Shown here: piece after piece, positions 1 to 14,090 of the stretch
Position numbering within the stretch: position 1 is the first letter of the stretch
Layout: every line of letters starts with the position of its first letter
From: a virus
Length of the DNA: 64,000 nt
Reading direction: 5' to 3' (one strand)
IMG/VR virus record: IMGVR_UViG_3300043539_001773
The notes under the pieces: generated by a model
Database searches by the model: none
Seen by the model: only the letters and a program-made list of their open reading frames with translations
What the model was told of the DNA's origin: nothing
Position numbers and translations under genes: made by a program

Positions 1-3000
1 TGGTTTGAACTTGTTGAATTATGGTAGCATTGCGGACACGATTTGCATTTTTCATTCGTTCTATTTCAAATAGAAGTCTGTCCATTACATCTTCTACGCT
101 AGGTGCTTTACTTCCTGGGCCAACATTTTGAAGTTCTTGAGTGTAATCTGTAAAAAATTTTTGAACAGCATTTCTAGTTTCCAATTGAGCTGAGTCTCTT
201 GAGGCTGTAAGACTTCCTGTAACTATATCCTTAAGATTTTTATACGCTTGTTCTGAAGGAAAATCTTTCAATCTATCTAATTCTCCTCTATCTACAATAC
301 CCTGACTCATTAAAGATTTTGCTAAAGATGTTCTTGGATTAAGTGTTGATCTATTAAATTTTGGAGTTCTTTCAACTTGTTCTAAAATATTATTTTGTAT
401 TATCAAATCTTCTATTGATTTTCCATAATTTCCAGTTACATCTTGCAGGCTTGTTGTAATTTCACCAGTTAATCGCTTCATTGTTGCATCCAACTCTGGC
501 GTAACAAATGCGAGATCAAGTCCTTTTATTGGAGCATACGGGTTAAATGATTTTTGTTTCATTCTATTTTGAAACTTGAGTATGTCTTCATTAACATTTT
601 CCATAATTGTAAGTGGATCTTTTATTCCATAATTTTTCATTCCTTCTTCATCTAGTTGAAAAATTTCTAAAAGATTAAATTTAGCTTCTTCTCCTGAAAC
701 TAGTCTACCGGCAATATCATCTCCAGCTCTTGCAATATTATTTATTTTAGATATCACACTATTTTCTGGCAAAGAAACGTTAAGTATTTCTGTTACTCTT
801 TCGGCGCCTTCAACAATAGAATTTATAACCGTGTTGATATCTCCATTCCTTGCGTCATCTATAATTGTAGATAATTTTAAGTCTGAAGAAAATTGATCAA
901 AACCAACCATTCCTATTCCGTCAAACTTTATATCAGGATACAACTCTTGTAGTACTCTTATCATGCCCATCTGTTGTGCGGTGTTTTTAACTAAGGCATT
1001 ACCGACATTGTCCGACGCTAGGTTTACTACGCCTATTAGTTCTTTGCTGAGTTCATCATTCCTAGCAAGTATTTTGCTCATTACTTCTTCAGCTGAACCA
1101 ATAAATTCTCCAGAGTCATCGACTAATCCGGCTCTCTTTGCTAAGGGAAGAAGTTTATTATTTTCTTCATCTGCTGACAACAAAGAATATAATGCGTTGC
1201 CCAAACTTGCTTGAGCTATCTCATCAGAAAAACCAGCTCCTCTAGTGAGGTTGAACGCCATTAATAAATCACTATTTGATGCAGATAAATTTACTTTCAT
1301 CTTTGCGCCTACACCTGCGTCAATTGCGCCTTCTGGGTTAAAGACAAGGGATGTAGCTGCTTGAATTCTTGTAGCTAATTCTTCTAACTCCACACTTCCA
1401 TTTGGTCCTTTCGCATACTCTAATATTCTTCCAATGGCTGCAAGTCTTTGCTCTTCTGAAGAAACTGCCCAACCAAGCCTATTGACATACTTGCCTAATT
1501 CACCCCTAGGGGCTGACATTGAAGCAACGTTAGCTCTTTGGAACATTGCGTCCAGGGCGGTTTTAACTCCGTATTACTACTTCTTCCATGTTTCTTTCAC
1601 TAGCTAATCCAAATAAACCGCCTGATGATCTAATGGCAAAATCCATATCTGTTACTGCGCTACCAGCTGCTTGCCTAGCTGCTTGATAAGAACCAGCGCC
1701 TGCGAAGTCATCAAACATAGTTTGAATTTTACTTACAAAAATTGGATCACTTGTAGGAGTAGCTGAAGATTTCATAATCTGAGTTAAGTTACTTTGTCTA
1801 TAGCTTGCTATAAGTCCGTTGTTTCCAGATTTTAGTATTTCATCTGGATTCAACTTTAACATCGTTCCAGCTTCAGTTGAAGCTACTTTTTTAAGTATAG
1901 ACTGTGATGTTGCTCCAATGTTTAAGAACTTATGTTTTACTGCACTAACTCCACCTTCACCAGCACCCATGTACTGCCTTGCAAAGTCGTCTACGTTAAC
2001 GCCCACTTCTCCATCAAATAAGTTAACTATTTTTCCTGTTTCTCCCTCTCCATTTAAATCAACTAACTTAAATATTGCTCTTTGTAAATCTTCTTGAGTT
2101 ATATCTCCAGCTGATTTTTTAAATTGTTGTGCTATAGGCTTTTGTCCGTGAGCTAAAGAATTAAGATATTTAAATATTTTATCTTCTTTGCTTAAACTTT
2201 CCATAGCTTCAGCTGAAGCTTGATTTTTTAAATCACCTGAAAGACCAAGAACGAATCCAGTTCTATCATTTATCATTTCGGATACCGCATTGGAGACATT
2301 TCTAAACCTTTGGCCCATCTGAGTTTCATCTCCGAACATTCTCATTATGGTATCTTCATCTAGATGTGGCGCTAGTAATGCAAACTCCTGAGGACCAGTT
2401 GGTTGACGCCAAGCAAATGATACAAGTTGTCTTACACCTTGAGAATTTTTAACTGATTGCAAATTAGTTATCCACTTGTCATCTAAGTCGAATCCACCAC
2501 CAGCTTCGTATAAACCTAGACTCGAAGCTGCGACATCTGGTATTAGCATTTTGTGTCCCACGTGTCTAAATTTAAACAAAGATAAATTAATATTTTCAGC
2601 TGTTCCTAATGATTCATCTCCAATTTTAGATGTGAACCTATTAAATGTTGTATCATCGGTAACGCCAAGAATTTTTTTCTTACCACGTCTCGATACTGCT
2701 CCTTCGGTATCTATAGCCTGTCTTTGCGCATAAGGCATTGCGAAGTTATATATTTCAACATCCACATTGTTTTGACCTGGTCTAAATGCCCTATATGTTT
2801 TACCCTTTCTAAATGCTTCTCTTTGAGCTTGTTTTAATAGCTCGTTAGCAAGCTCTGGTATTTCATTAACCTTTACGGTACCAGAAGATAAATGTTGTTG
2901 TAAATTTCTTGCAGTAGTTCTAATGTCAAGTGCGTTTTGTTTGCTTCCAAATCTTTCAACTACAGTCTGTGGATCCATGCCCTCTACATCTAGAGCTGCG

Positions 3001-4952
3001 TCTGAAATGATAGATCTTCTCATTCTTTCACTAACTATTCCGTCAGAAATATTTTTTATTTCCGCCTTAAGGACTTCAGCTGATTCACCAACTTGTCTTT
3101 GAAAATCCTGACCATATTGCTCTCTATGAAATATCATAGCTTGTGGTTCACTGTAAACCATGTCTCTGCCATGCCCAGTACTTATATTCATTGTGATTTG
3201 TTGACCAACGTTTTGACCCAATTCTTCACTTCCAGGAGCTGCTAATCTAGCAAAACTAATTTCTTTTTTAAGGAGTTCAGTTGAGCCAGCACCTATGTAA
3301 CCTAGTCTACCCAAACGTTGTTCTATTTTTCCTTGTATTAAGTCAAATACAGATTTACCCTGACCTCTCCCTATGAACATTCTAGCTGTGTCATGTTCAA
3401 ATTCTCTTAAAAGTAATTCTCCTCCGTCTAAAAATTCATCGGCATTTGTCGCAACTCTATTTAGTTCAGCTGTAAAATTACTAATTTTTCCAGTAAGTAT
3501 TGCGACTTCATCACTTCCTTCAGAATATGTTTTTGCATTTAATATTGCTCTGGCTTCTTCTATCGAAGACTTTAATTCTACAGCATGCTGTCTCATTGGT
3601 ATACCTGTGATGAAACCGGAACCATCATCTATCTTTTTCATTTCACTTAGGGCATTTACATATGTTTGATATTTACCCTTAAGTTCTGCGGGGACGCCCT
3701 CTTTACCGGATATTTTTTCTATTCTTGATATAATATCATCAAGTGATATTTTTTGATTTTTTTTATCTGCAATAGTTTCTCTAAATTGAGATTGTATTAT
3801 ATTTGCAAATTCATTAAATTCTTCATCCCCATCTAATCCTGAAAGTTCTAGTGCTGAACGAAAATATTGTTGAGCTGATTGAGATGTTTCTCCCTCCATT
3901 GCAATTCGTGTTCCAAGCCTCTCTCTTATCACTCCTAACCTGCCCTCTCTAGTGAGAGATGTATTTCCCAACAAGGTATTAGTATAAGTTTCTTCTAAGC
4001 CAAAAGCTTTTAAAGTTGTTTCTAATGCTGGATCGTAAAATAAATATGAATCTTCAAGAGTTTTTGGAGCTATATCCTTAAACCTACTAGCTACTTTTGT
4101 TGATAAATGGTCAACCATTTTATCAATTCCGGTTTCATCGATAACCATATTTCTTGGTACTAAGCTTTGCCATTGTCTTTTTTGAGACTTCCCAAGTTGA
4201 CCACCTAATATTTGTTCTACATTTTTTCCAAAATTCATAGATCCATCAGGATTTAATGGGTTTATAAGTTTTGCTAATCTATCTACGTTAAAGAATTGAG
4301 CGTCTACCGTATTCATTAATAATTGAGTTTCTTCTCCGGTTAAGAATTTGTAACCTTCATCAGTTTGATATCTTAACCTAAGTAATATTGCAGATCCATC
4401 TCTAGAAGCTAAATATCCAGGAGCAGCAAGTTCCCCTGATGATACCTTGCCAGCTATATTAATGCGATCTCCTACTAATTCTGGATAACTTAATTCATCG
4501 TGATAGAGTAATGACATAGCACCAAGTGTTTCTTCTGAAGTTTTAGAATATCCAACTCTTACTAATTCAATATTTTTTCCTTCAAGATCACTAAGTATTT
4601 TATTCCTAGATCTAAATGCTTTTGCTTCTGGGTTGTCTAATCTTAGATATTCATTAATATTAGATGTTAAGTTAGAAAGAGGACCATAGCCAGATGGATC
4701 GGGAGATAAAATTCCTCTTGCTCCAGTAAATACATTTACTTCAGAAATGCCGTATAAACTAGTTGCCTCTATTGCTTCCTCTAAAGTATCATAGGCCTTT
4801 CCGGTTATAGTGTTAACCAACTCGTTAGTAGTTTTATCAAATCTTACTAAACCTCTTGCATAGATGTCTTGACTTGTTACAAGGGAACTTGGTAATTCAC
4901 TTATTTGTCTACCAAGACTTCTGGCAAATGTTGATTTGTTTGCGTCTACCAT
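1..4952 (-). CDS. Giant virion-associated protein (>1600 aa, runs off the window); +1 shift at CGG 1569-1571
   Basis: The 1129-aa ORF ends ATA CGG AGT TAA. Skipping the C at 1571 gives ...VVI-G-VKTALDAMFQRANVASM..., apparently open to position 1. Lies directly downstream of the tape-measure-like gene. Confidence 0.75.
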
Positions 4953-4956
4953 ATTG

Positions 4957-7900
4957 TTAGCCTCTTATTCCAGCCATAATATTTACTGAACCTGGATTTG
5001 AATTATTCATTACTGGAGATATATTTCCACTTATTCCCATATCAAACATTAATCTTTGCAACTTAGATCTAACATCTTCTGGAGAAGAATTACTTTGCCC
5101 AAACATTGGGTAACTAGGATTGACTAAATTTGCTTCTTTTATTTGCTGTGGGAAGTAACCCATTTGAGACATTTCAAGTCCCATTGACTGGCCCATTTTT
5201 ATTTTTACGTGTTCCATATTTGTATTTGGATGCCATACTTCAGAACCCGGTCCAGGAAGTTCGTGTCTAGTAAAATAGTTTACTAGATCCGGCTTTCTTT
5301 CTACTGGCATACCCCATGCAGCCTCGTATATTCTTCTTTCTAATCTTCCAGCAGTAGATAGTATTCGACCTCTCTCACTTTTTGGAGCTTCAAGCATTGC
5401 TCTAAAGTGTTCTCTTTTTCTTTTTGGTATTGCTGCTGCTAGTTGATCTATTGATTGCGTATTAAGGTCTGCACCATACATTGTTTTTTTACTAGCTAAC
5501 ATAAATTGTTTAGCTGATTCTATATCTCCAACTTTTTCTGCTCTGGCTGCAGCTGTTCTATTTTTTACATAAGTTAGAATATCAGTATACTCTTCAAGAG
5601 CTAATTCTTTTTTTCTATTTATCGGAATGTATCTAGTTTCTTTCATCTTTTGAAGAGCTGAATAACCACCCGTTGTTAATGCGCCAACAGTTGCAAGCGC
5701 TGTTTGCATTCTTTTGGTTTTACCAAATGAACCAAGCGCAAATGCGCCTATTCCAGCAGCTAAAAGAGGATTTCTTTGAGTTCCTTTATAATAAATTGGT
5801 TTAATAAAACTTTCAACTGGTTTTTGCCATTCGGGAAATGTGGAACCATAAACGTTTCTTCTTTCCCAATCTTCAGTTGCTGTTTTTTCACCAGTAAATT
5901 TGTTGTTAATAAAGTTGTCTGTATGTAGTACAGATTCTTTTATTGTTCGTATTGGATTAGCTATCTTTTCAAGAGTGGAATATTCTGTGTAAGGAGTAAA
6001 ATCAGTTTTACTGTTCTCTATTGCATTTTGCTGAGCTCTTATTTGTCCAACTTTAATTCTTTCATCTTCACCTAATCCCATTTTATCTATTCTTGAATTC
6101 AAAGCTCTGAATTCTTTTGAATATGGAGCTACGTCAGCAAGGATATCTAATTGATTTACTGCGCCATATCTTCCACTGGAGTCTGAATAAATTCTATTAA
6201 ATCTTTCGTAACCCACACCAGGTAGTCTTAGTTCACCTTCTTTTACTTTTGTGAATGGATCACCTGTAGTAAAGTCAATGAAGTTACTGCTATTGGGAAG
6301 AAACGGATACTGTTCGCCCATTGTGTTTTTAATCGGGTTAATAAAATTAACATTAGTTCTTTCTTTTGGAATAAACCTTCTTATTATTTCAGAAGCTTCA
6401 ATATTTCCAAGAGCACCATCAGATTGAAGAGGCACGTCTCCTAATCCACCTAAGTTTAAATCCCAAAAAGCTCTAGTGGTACCATATGCTTTTGATGCTG
6501 ATTGTAAAACTGATTTATCTGGTTCAAAGTCATATGAACCAAAACCAAAAGCAGATCTTATATTTCCACCAGCAAAACCATATATACCAAATGTTTCCTG
6601 CAGTCTGTAACCAAGTTCTCCAGATAAGAATTCATTACTTCCAGATCTTATTGGCATTCCTGCTGCAACAATTTTTGCTGGCATAATACCAGGTCCTGCT
6701 GGTGGACCAAATTGAACTGGTTGCACTTGTGTAGAAACGGGAACTCTTTGATATGCGGCAGCAGCTAATGCATCGTTTTGTGCCCCTGATTGACCACGAA
6801 CTAATTGTCTTGCGGTGTTAAGTGATCCGCTACTGTTAGCTAATACTTGGTTTGAGCGAGAAATATTATAAGATCCAGCGGTACTCCCAATTGGAGACGA
6901 AGCGGCTGCTTCAGCGTAGTCTGAAAGTGGAGATATAAACCTAAGTGGTTTTCCACCATACGGTGCTGGACGAGCTGCTGGATAGCTAACAGCTGGATCC
7001 CTTTGTTCTACGTAGCCAACGTTACCAGGAGTCTCCTGAGGCATGTAGGCGCCGCTGGCGCCAACTGGGACATAACTAGATAATGCTCTATCTAATTCCT
7101 GCTTGTGCATTACCTTTTGTGGTTTTAAGATTCTTCCTACAGTTGCATTTAAGATTGGTACAGCTGCGCCAAATGGACCAGAAAAATATTCTCCAGTTAC
7201 AGGATAAGGTCTATCTTCATAATGCTTTTTTTCAAATCTATAAGGATCTAATGGTCTTAATGGAGAAAAGTCATTGTAATATAACATCTTTTCCATTGGA
7301 CTGCCATAGGTGTCTGATGTAAACATCGCTCCACCTTGCAGTCTTCTGTACCAAGATGGTCTGTAGTATTCTATTTTTCCACCACTAAATTTTGTATTAC
7401 CTAAAGGCCAGTATCTTCCTTTTCTTATCGCCACTTCGCCAGACAACAGTTGCTGTCTTTTTTGCCCGTAGCCCATTCCACCTGGAATAACACCAGAGAT
7501 TGCAGCTTGCGCCTCTACTCCAACTCTAGCTGCTGTACCAAGTACTAGCGGAGAATATACCCTTTCTCCTCTTTCATCTTTACGCTGCGTATATCCGCCT
7601 GCTGTTCTATCTATAGCTAATGCAGTAGTTCCTATTGCAACTGCAGGTAAAACCCTTTCCGCGTTCATTCCTCTGAAATACATATCCAGAGGACCATGGA
7701 AATTATCTGCGTCTAGACTAGAACCAACGCTCCCAAAGTATCTATTTAATCTATTAAAACCATGAGATATTGGAACAGATGCTAAAGAGAAACCTTCTTC
7801 ATTTCCATATGTTTTTATTCCCGTTGCACTTAGCAGTGCAGCTTTTGGATTCCTTTTAAGAGCTGTTCCAAACGTTGGGACAAAGGCAAATGTTTCTGGA

Positions 7901-10900
7901 CCAGATTGTCCAGATAAAGGACTAGCAGTAGGTTTCTCGGCATATCTGCCCATTCCCAAATTTTTCTTAAAGAAAGCAAATGGTTTATTTATACCAATTT
8001 GAGATACCAATGAAGACTGACCAGTGGTAACTATATCACCTTGAATGTGTGGATCTAATAAACTCTTTAAAGTACCTTTACTTAATAAATCTCTAGTTTC
8101 TTGAAATCTTCTTAAAGGATTTTGCAGTGTTCCTTCTAGGTTTTCTTTTGCTAACGAAGTTCCAGCTCCAGGACTAAATCTATACGTTTCGAATGCTGTT
8201 AGGTTGAATATTGTAGACAAAGTTGAAGCTTGTGCTTCTGCTTTTTGTGCAGAAGATATAATTCCTCTTGCAGCTAAATCATCTACAGCAGAAGTAACAT
8301 TCTGCATTACCGTTAATGGATCGCCAGTTAGTATTGCTTTTCTTTCTAGAAGAAATCTAAATACTTCTGACGACATTTCATCGCCTTTAGTTACAATGCT
8401 AGATGATTTTTCAAACATCTTTGATTGCTGCGAGAAATCATCTATATCTGCAAAAGATTTAATTCTAGCAAATGCCTTACTTACATCTTGATATCTCTTT
8501 AAAGCAGTTTCATTTCCTGTAGCCAGTGATTTTCTTTGAGATTCTAAAACATCATTTAATGCGCTAAAGACTCTATTTGCTTGAGCTGGAGTTGATATTC
8601 CAACAAAATCATCGACACTAAGACCAGCAAGATCTTCTGACGTAAAGGAACCAAGCACTTCTCTTTGAACTGATTTGTTTGTTCCATAACTTAATTGCCT
8701 ATTTGCAAATCTAGTAAATGATTCCATTAACTGAGAATGTGATGCTACTTGTGCTCCCGAATCAACATCAAGTAAATTATATCTAGCTATTTCTCCGGCA
8801 TCATCTAACTCTGTACGTAATTGTAAATTCTTCCTTTTTCCAAATCCGCCAATTGAAAATGTCTCATCTACTTCTCCAGACATTAATTTGGCCATTACAG
8901 CATCGTTTTCTACGTCTGCTTGTCTATTTACTAGTCTTCCAAAAAATCTAAATAAAGAGTTTGGTTGTTCATCTGCGTAATCTAAACGCTCTCTGATTTT
9001 TCCCATCACACCTGTTGCAGTGCGACTCTGCTGAGTCCTTTGCCCTGCAGCTAGTTCTGCGGTGCTGGTAAACATTGATGAAACCGCTGTTGGAATTGGC
9101 CTATATGTTCCCTCTAAAGCTGTAGCGGTAGCACCTGTGTGACCATATAGTCTTCCCTTTGTCCCTAGAAAACCACCAGTGCTATGCCATGTATAGAAGT
9201 CTGCCTTAGAACCTTTAACAAATGGTTGACTTGCTGCTCCTGAAGTTACTTGATATTTTCCAGCTTTTGCCATTCCAGCAAAATCTTTATAACCCAGCAT
9301 TTGCATTGGGTTAATTCCAATAACTGGAACTTTAGTTTCAGTAGCTAAAGCTTCTGTTACTTTTCTAATTCCAGATCTAATTGGATTAAAGTTTACTACC
9401 TGATCGCCCGACGTGTAATATCCTTTAACATTGCTTAACGTAGTTTGAGTAGAAGATGTTTTAATTCTATTTAATATACCTAGCTCAACACTATTATCTC
9501 CGCTTAGTATATTTTTAGTTAAAGAATTTTGAAGTGATGGGTCTGTTATTTGGCCTGTAATTGTTTGGTAAGCTAGTTTTTCTCTATCTAGAAAATCGTC
9601 TACAGTAAGACCTTTTAATCCAAAAAGTCCAGCTAATCCAGATGTTTCACCAGCGACCATTTCTTTATTATTCATTAAGTAGCCTCTAAGTTGAGAGGCA
9701 TTTCTTATATCTATTCCACGAGCACCTAATGCTTGTTGCAGCTTATTTGCATCACCTAAGATTGACTCGTCTAAGCCAAATACTTTTCCAGCTCTTCTAG
9801 CCATCTCAGCTCTAAGCTGACTTGCTTGAACTGAATCTCCAGCTGCATCTAAATAATTTACTCTGTTTAATTTTTGCGGCTTTAATACAGAAGAAAATAC
9901 TTCTTTTTCAAAAACTGTTCTAGCTGACTCGTGTGCGGCTGCCGTGTTTATACCAACGTTTAAACCTTTGCGACTAAATGAAGCTTCGTCAAATAAAATG
10001 TCATCTGTTGCTTTTACAGCTTTTCTTAGTTTATCTGCGTCAAACACATCTGGTATTGGATTATTTTTTCCATATTTTCCAGAATTAAATCTATTAATTA
10101 ATTGACCAAAAAAATCTTCTCCAACGATTTCTTCTTTACCCATTCTCAATCGTTCGGTTGGGCTTATGGATTCTTTAACACTTCCACCAGTCTTCTTAGA
10201 TGAAACTAGTCTATAGATGTCATCACTGACAGTAAGGTTTGCAGTAAAATTTTTGGCGACAGATTCATCTAGCCCACCTTCTATTAACTGCTTCTGCAAT
10301 CTATCTTTATAAGCACCTTGTCTCAACATTTTTATGAAAGTGCTTGTTGGTCCCTCTCCACCTGTTTTAGTGTTGAATTCATTTAAAAGACTAAATACAT
10401 CTGATGATCTTTTTCTTTGAATATTTAATATTGATTCACCGAGTGAAGAGTCTATTGCTCGAGCACCAGATGGAGTTGCTCTATCAACTCCAAGAATTTT
10501 TCCAAAACCCTTTTGTATTTCAGTCCAATTTGTTCCAGGTTTATCCAAAAACGATTGAGCAAAGGAGAGTTTTTGATATTGCTCATGTGCTGACTTTGCA
10601 CCTTGTCTAACTGCCTTATAACCAGGAATCAGATCCAGCATTGAATCTATTTGCGTTCCTTGTAGTGGTTTATTTACGTCTACTTGATTTAGTTTTGTTT
10701 TATTGCCTCTATATATATCTTTAGCTAAATCTTGCACTACCTGTCTTCTAGGAGGTTTTGCTCCACCAGGTGCTGGAGTAGAACCATGCCTCTGTGAATA
10801 AAGAGCTGCAACTGGGTTCTTATGGATGTCTGTCATTGCGATAAATGCGCTTGACAAAGCTCCAGATGATCTTTCCGAAAACTTAATTGACTTATCTAAT

Positions 10901-11791
10901 ACGCTAAATAAATCGTGACCAACACCTTCAAGTATTCCTTTTAGGTTTAAAGACTTTTCATATATAGCATGTTTTGTTGTATTTTTTATCGTAGAATAAC
11001 CAGTGGCGTTTGTTGCCATCAGTCTTTCTTGTGCTGTTCTATAAAAATTTAATGAGCTTTCTTTTGCTGCACCAGCCGCAGCTGTTGGCAGCATGAATCC
11101 GCCCATTTGGAATAGAGTTGTTTTAGCTAAATCCTTAGCTATATCTACACCTCTAGATGGATCGTACCATTTCTTTTTTGGTCCAAGATCTTCTTCACCG
11201 TTACCAAATAACGGCTTAGTTATATATTTATCTGCTGCATAGAAAGCAGGTACTTCGTACGGCAGTCTTCTAGCTTGACGAACTAGTCTCTGCTGAAGCT
11301 CATCTCTATAGTGCCATGTAGCGGTTGATGAGGCGCCTTTGCGCTCTGCTCCAAATGCGTACCCAGCATTAACAACGCTCTTATGTCCTTCGTAACCTGT
11401 TTGAAGTTTTCCAGCGGAATCAAAAACTAATTTTGTTTTTCCTTCTTCTAAACGAGTTACTCCTTCAAGTTCATCGAGTATACTTCTTGCTTTTAATAAA
11501 CCGTAATTGGCCCTAGATATAAAGCTGCCTTCAGCAGATCCTGCTGCTCTTTCGGTAAAAGCTTTTCCGTATTTTTAGGCCACCACCTCTTACAAATTTT
11601 CCAGCAACTGTGGCTGCAACACCAGTTGCAATCATGGCTGAAGCCATCTTTACTAGTGGTCTACCTTCTAGGGCTCTACTAACGTAACCAGAATCTGGAG
11701 ATGGACCATTTTGAGTATCGTCTCCGGTGGTGAATTCCCTAGAAGTTACGCCAAATCCAATATTATGGATCGGCCCTCTATCTCTCTGCAT
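4957..11791 (-). CDS. Tape-measure-like / large tail-associated protein (~2277 aa); +1 shift at CGG 11567-11569
   Basis: ORF 11531-11791 (SD GAGGGGG) joins ORF 4957-11106 through an open +1 frame (GKAFTERAAGS...TLFQMGGFM). Ala/Gly-rich, and follows the tube and chaperone genes. Confidence 0.7.
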
Positions 11792-11814
11792 TGGTCACCC
11801 CCTCTTATCTTATC

Positions 11815-12448
11815 TTACCTGCTCATACCCCATAGTTTTTGAGCAATGGGGTCACTATATGTTGCAGATCCTTCAACCTTAGATGCATTGTGCCTAGCTG
11901 CTGATAGATTCTCTTTTTCTCTTTCTTCCTGAGGATCTATCAGGGATAGAGATACGTTAGTAGATTCTATTCCAGCAATTGCTTGCTGGACTTCAATTAT
12001 CTTTTCTGCTAATGCAACTCTTTCCGCTAGCTTTGAATAGGTTAGCGAATCTAGAAATTCTGGAGTATCTGTATGTATAGTAGCCAGAACAAAGGCTTTC
12101 ATTAAGCCTCTAACGTGATTAGCTACTACTCTTTTTTCTTCTAAAATTCGTTTAGCCGTGCGTGCTGATGCGAAGCCAGAAAATTCGACTATCTGCTCAG
12201 CTAAAGAACTTATGGCTCCAGGCGGAAATTTATTTAAATCAAAGTCTTCAGGATAAACTACAGAGGCTTTAATAATTTCATCTTCTGCGTCAGCAGACGA
12301 CATACCAGCTGTACTCTTGTATGCTGCAACTTTATCAAACTCAGAAAAACTTAGCTCTTTAAATACTATCTCAGATCCGTTTTATTTCTGTTTGAAATAT
12401 TGAACCGTGTTTTTTCTTTAGCTCAAAAAGAATTCCTGCATCTAACAT
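11815..12448 (-). CDS. Tail assembly chaperone-like protein 2 (~210 aa); +1 shift at CGG 12377-12379
   Basis: ATG at 12448 sits 1 nt after the upstream stop: MLDAGILFELKKKHGSIFQTEIK-(C)GGA-SEIVFKELSFSEF..., joining ORF 11815-12303. The restored LKKKHGSIF...IVFKELS matches WKKQYGEVY...IIWRVLS of the adjacent paralogue. Confidence 0.7.
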
Positions 12449-12449
12449 C

Positions 12450-12989
12450 TTAGAGTTGTCTAACCTCTAGGGCGACGAATCCAGAAGCTTCTAAGACTTC
12501 TTGTGAGATAAGAGAAGGAAGACCTGCCATGTCACCGGTGAGAGCTTGCTTGTCATAAGATGGGAACAAAATGCAAAGTTCTGAAATTGCTTCTTCGTTC
12601 CACATATTTGCCTCTGCATTAGATAGCTGACCAGCTTGCATTAGGGTTTCCATTTTCTTAACAAGCTGCTTATATTCAATTCTGGAAAGAACACGCCATA
12701 TGATATGCTTATCGAATGAAATAGAAGTTACATATACTTCGCCGTACTGTTTCTTCCATGCTTTGATTTGTCCAGCTGTAGGACCGTTATCAAAAATAAC
12801 TTGATCATCTGCTAATTCCTCAACCGTTGTCGCCTGCTCAACGGGAATTTGCGCATCTGAATAATCAGATACAATAATGTCACCATCTTGTGGTTCATCC
12901 GTCTCTAAAAAAACCTCAACTGAATCAGCAGAAATTTCTTCTGCCATTTCTTTATCTTGTCTAACTACAACTTTTCTCTTCTCAGACAT
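12450..12989 (-). CDS. Tail assembly chaperone-like protein 1
   Basis: IKAWKKQYGEVY...IWRVLSRIEYK pattern, position between tube and tape-measure genes, SD AAGGAG. Confidence 0.65.
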   Translation of the reverse strand: MSEKRKVVVRQDKEMAEEISADSVEVFLETDEPQDGDIIVSDYSDAQIPVEQATTVEELADDQVIFDNGPTAGQIKAWKKQYGEVYVTSISFDKHIIWRVLSRIEYKQLVKKMETLMQAGQLSNAEANMWNEEAISELCILFPSYDKQALTGDMAGLPSLISQEVLEASGFVALEVRQL

Positions 12990-13061
12990 TGTTTCTCCTT
13001 ATATCGTTTCAAGTTACATTATATCATATCTGTATTAAAATTATTATCTTGGCTAAGTACT

Positions 13062-14081
13062 TTACGTCCTGTTTATCAATGGACTCTCAACCACGGATTT
13101 TGTAGCATTAGAAGCCTGTGGCTCTGTTGTAACAAACGTCTTACCAGTATATGGATTAAAGCCAGATTCTGCTTCTGTAAGATAAAAGTCCCTAGCCACA
13201 AAGCTATAAGTCTCTATTAAAGGAGATCCTCCGCTTTGGTATTCTGTGCTCATTTGCATGAGATGTACATTTTGTAAAACAATCTTCATTGGGGTCTTGT
13301 TATCGGCCATCTTAACTTTTCGCTCATTGATATCAGTAGATATTATCCTGTCCAAGTTGTCTCTCTGCTCTACAGAGGCCGTAGAAGCGTTCTCCGTGAC
13401 TCCTACGGGGCTCAAACTGGATTCCTCTACCCCGTAGACTATAACGAAGTTAAATGGAGGATGAGCGCTAAAGATGTTATGTTGGCCATCTGCTGAAGAT
13501 GTGCTTATTGCTGGATCAGTAGTTATTCTATCTAACTGACTATTGGCCCAATATTTCTGTATGTTTTCTTCATCTGTTCTTGATTCATTTTGTGATCTTA
13601 AAACAGATACAACTCCAGAGTTATCAGATTTACCCGATGCAGAGAAGCTTCTAACTCTTGCTGCCTCTTCTAGAAGGTGTGTCATCCTTCTAGGGTATCT
13701 TGAGTATAAAGAAAACTGACCAGTTATTATTCTGGATCCATTCATCATGGCATCAAAGTTGTATGACCAGAATCCATAGACTGCTTGCTTTTCTTGTTTA
13801 ATTAAAAAACCAAATCCAGCTATATCTAGTTCATCTTTTGGATCAAACAAACCATCGATATATACTTTTACATCTTCACCGGAGAAAAAGTAGTCATAAT
13901 AATTACTAAAACGAGGATCCCCAGTAGTTTTGCCACCAGCCCAATAAAGATCTAATTCTGCACTAAGGGGATCAAATGTTCCGTTCTTATTTCCTAAACC
14001 AGGGTTAGTTGAGACGGTATCCTCGTATGGAATATAGCCACTAAATGGTCTATATGGAATAGCTCTATATGGACTTGTCAT
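13062..14081 (-). CDS. Tail tube-like protein paralogue 3
   Basis: FSGEDV...GSRIITGQF...HPPFNF...IETYSFVARD parallels the two adjacent tube-like proteins. Confidence 0.6.
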   Translation of the reverse strand: MTSPYRAIPYRPFSGYIPYEDTVSTNPGLGNKNGTFDPLSAELDLYWAGGKTTGDPRFSNYYDYFFSGEDVKVYIDGLFDPKDELDIAGFGFLIKQEKQAVYGFWSYNFDAMMNGSRIITGQFSLYSRYPRRMTHLLEEAARVRSFSASGKSDNSGVVSVLRSQNESRTDEENIQKYWANSQLDRITTDPAISTSSADGQHNIFSAHPPFNFVIVYGVEESSLSPVGVTENASTASVEQRDNLDRIISTDINERKVKMADNKTPMKIVLQNVHLMQMSTEYQSGGSPLIETYSFVARDFYLTEAESGFNPYTGKTFVTTEPQASNATKSVVESPLINRT

Positions 14082-14090
14082 ACTTAAACC

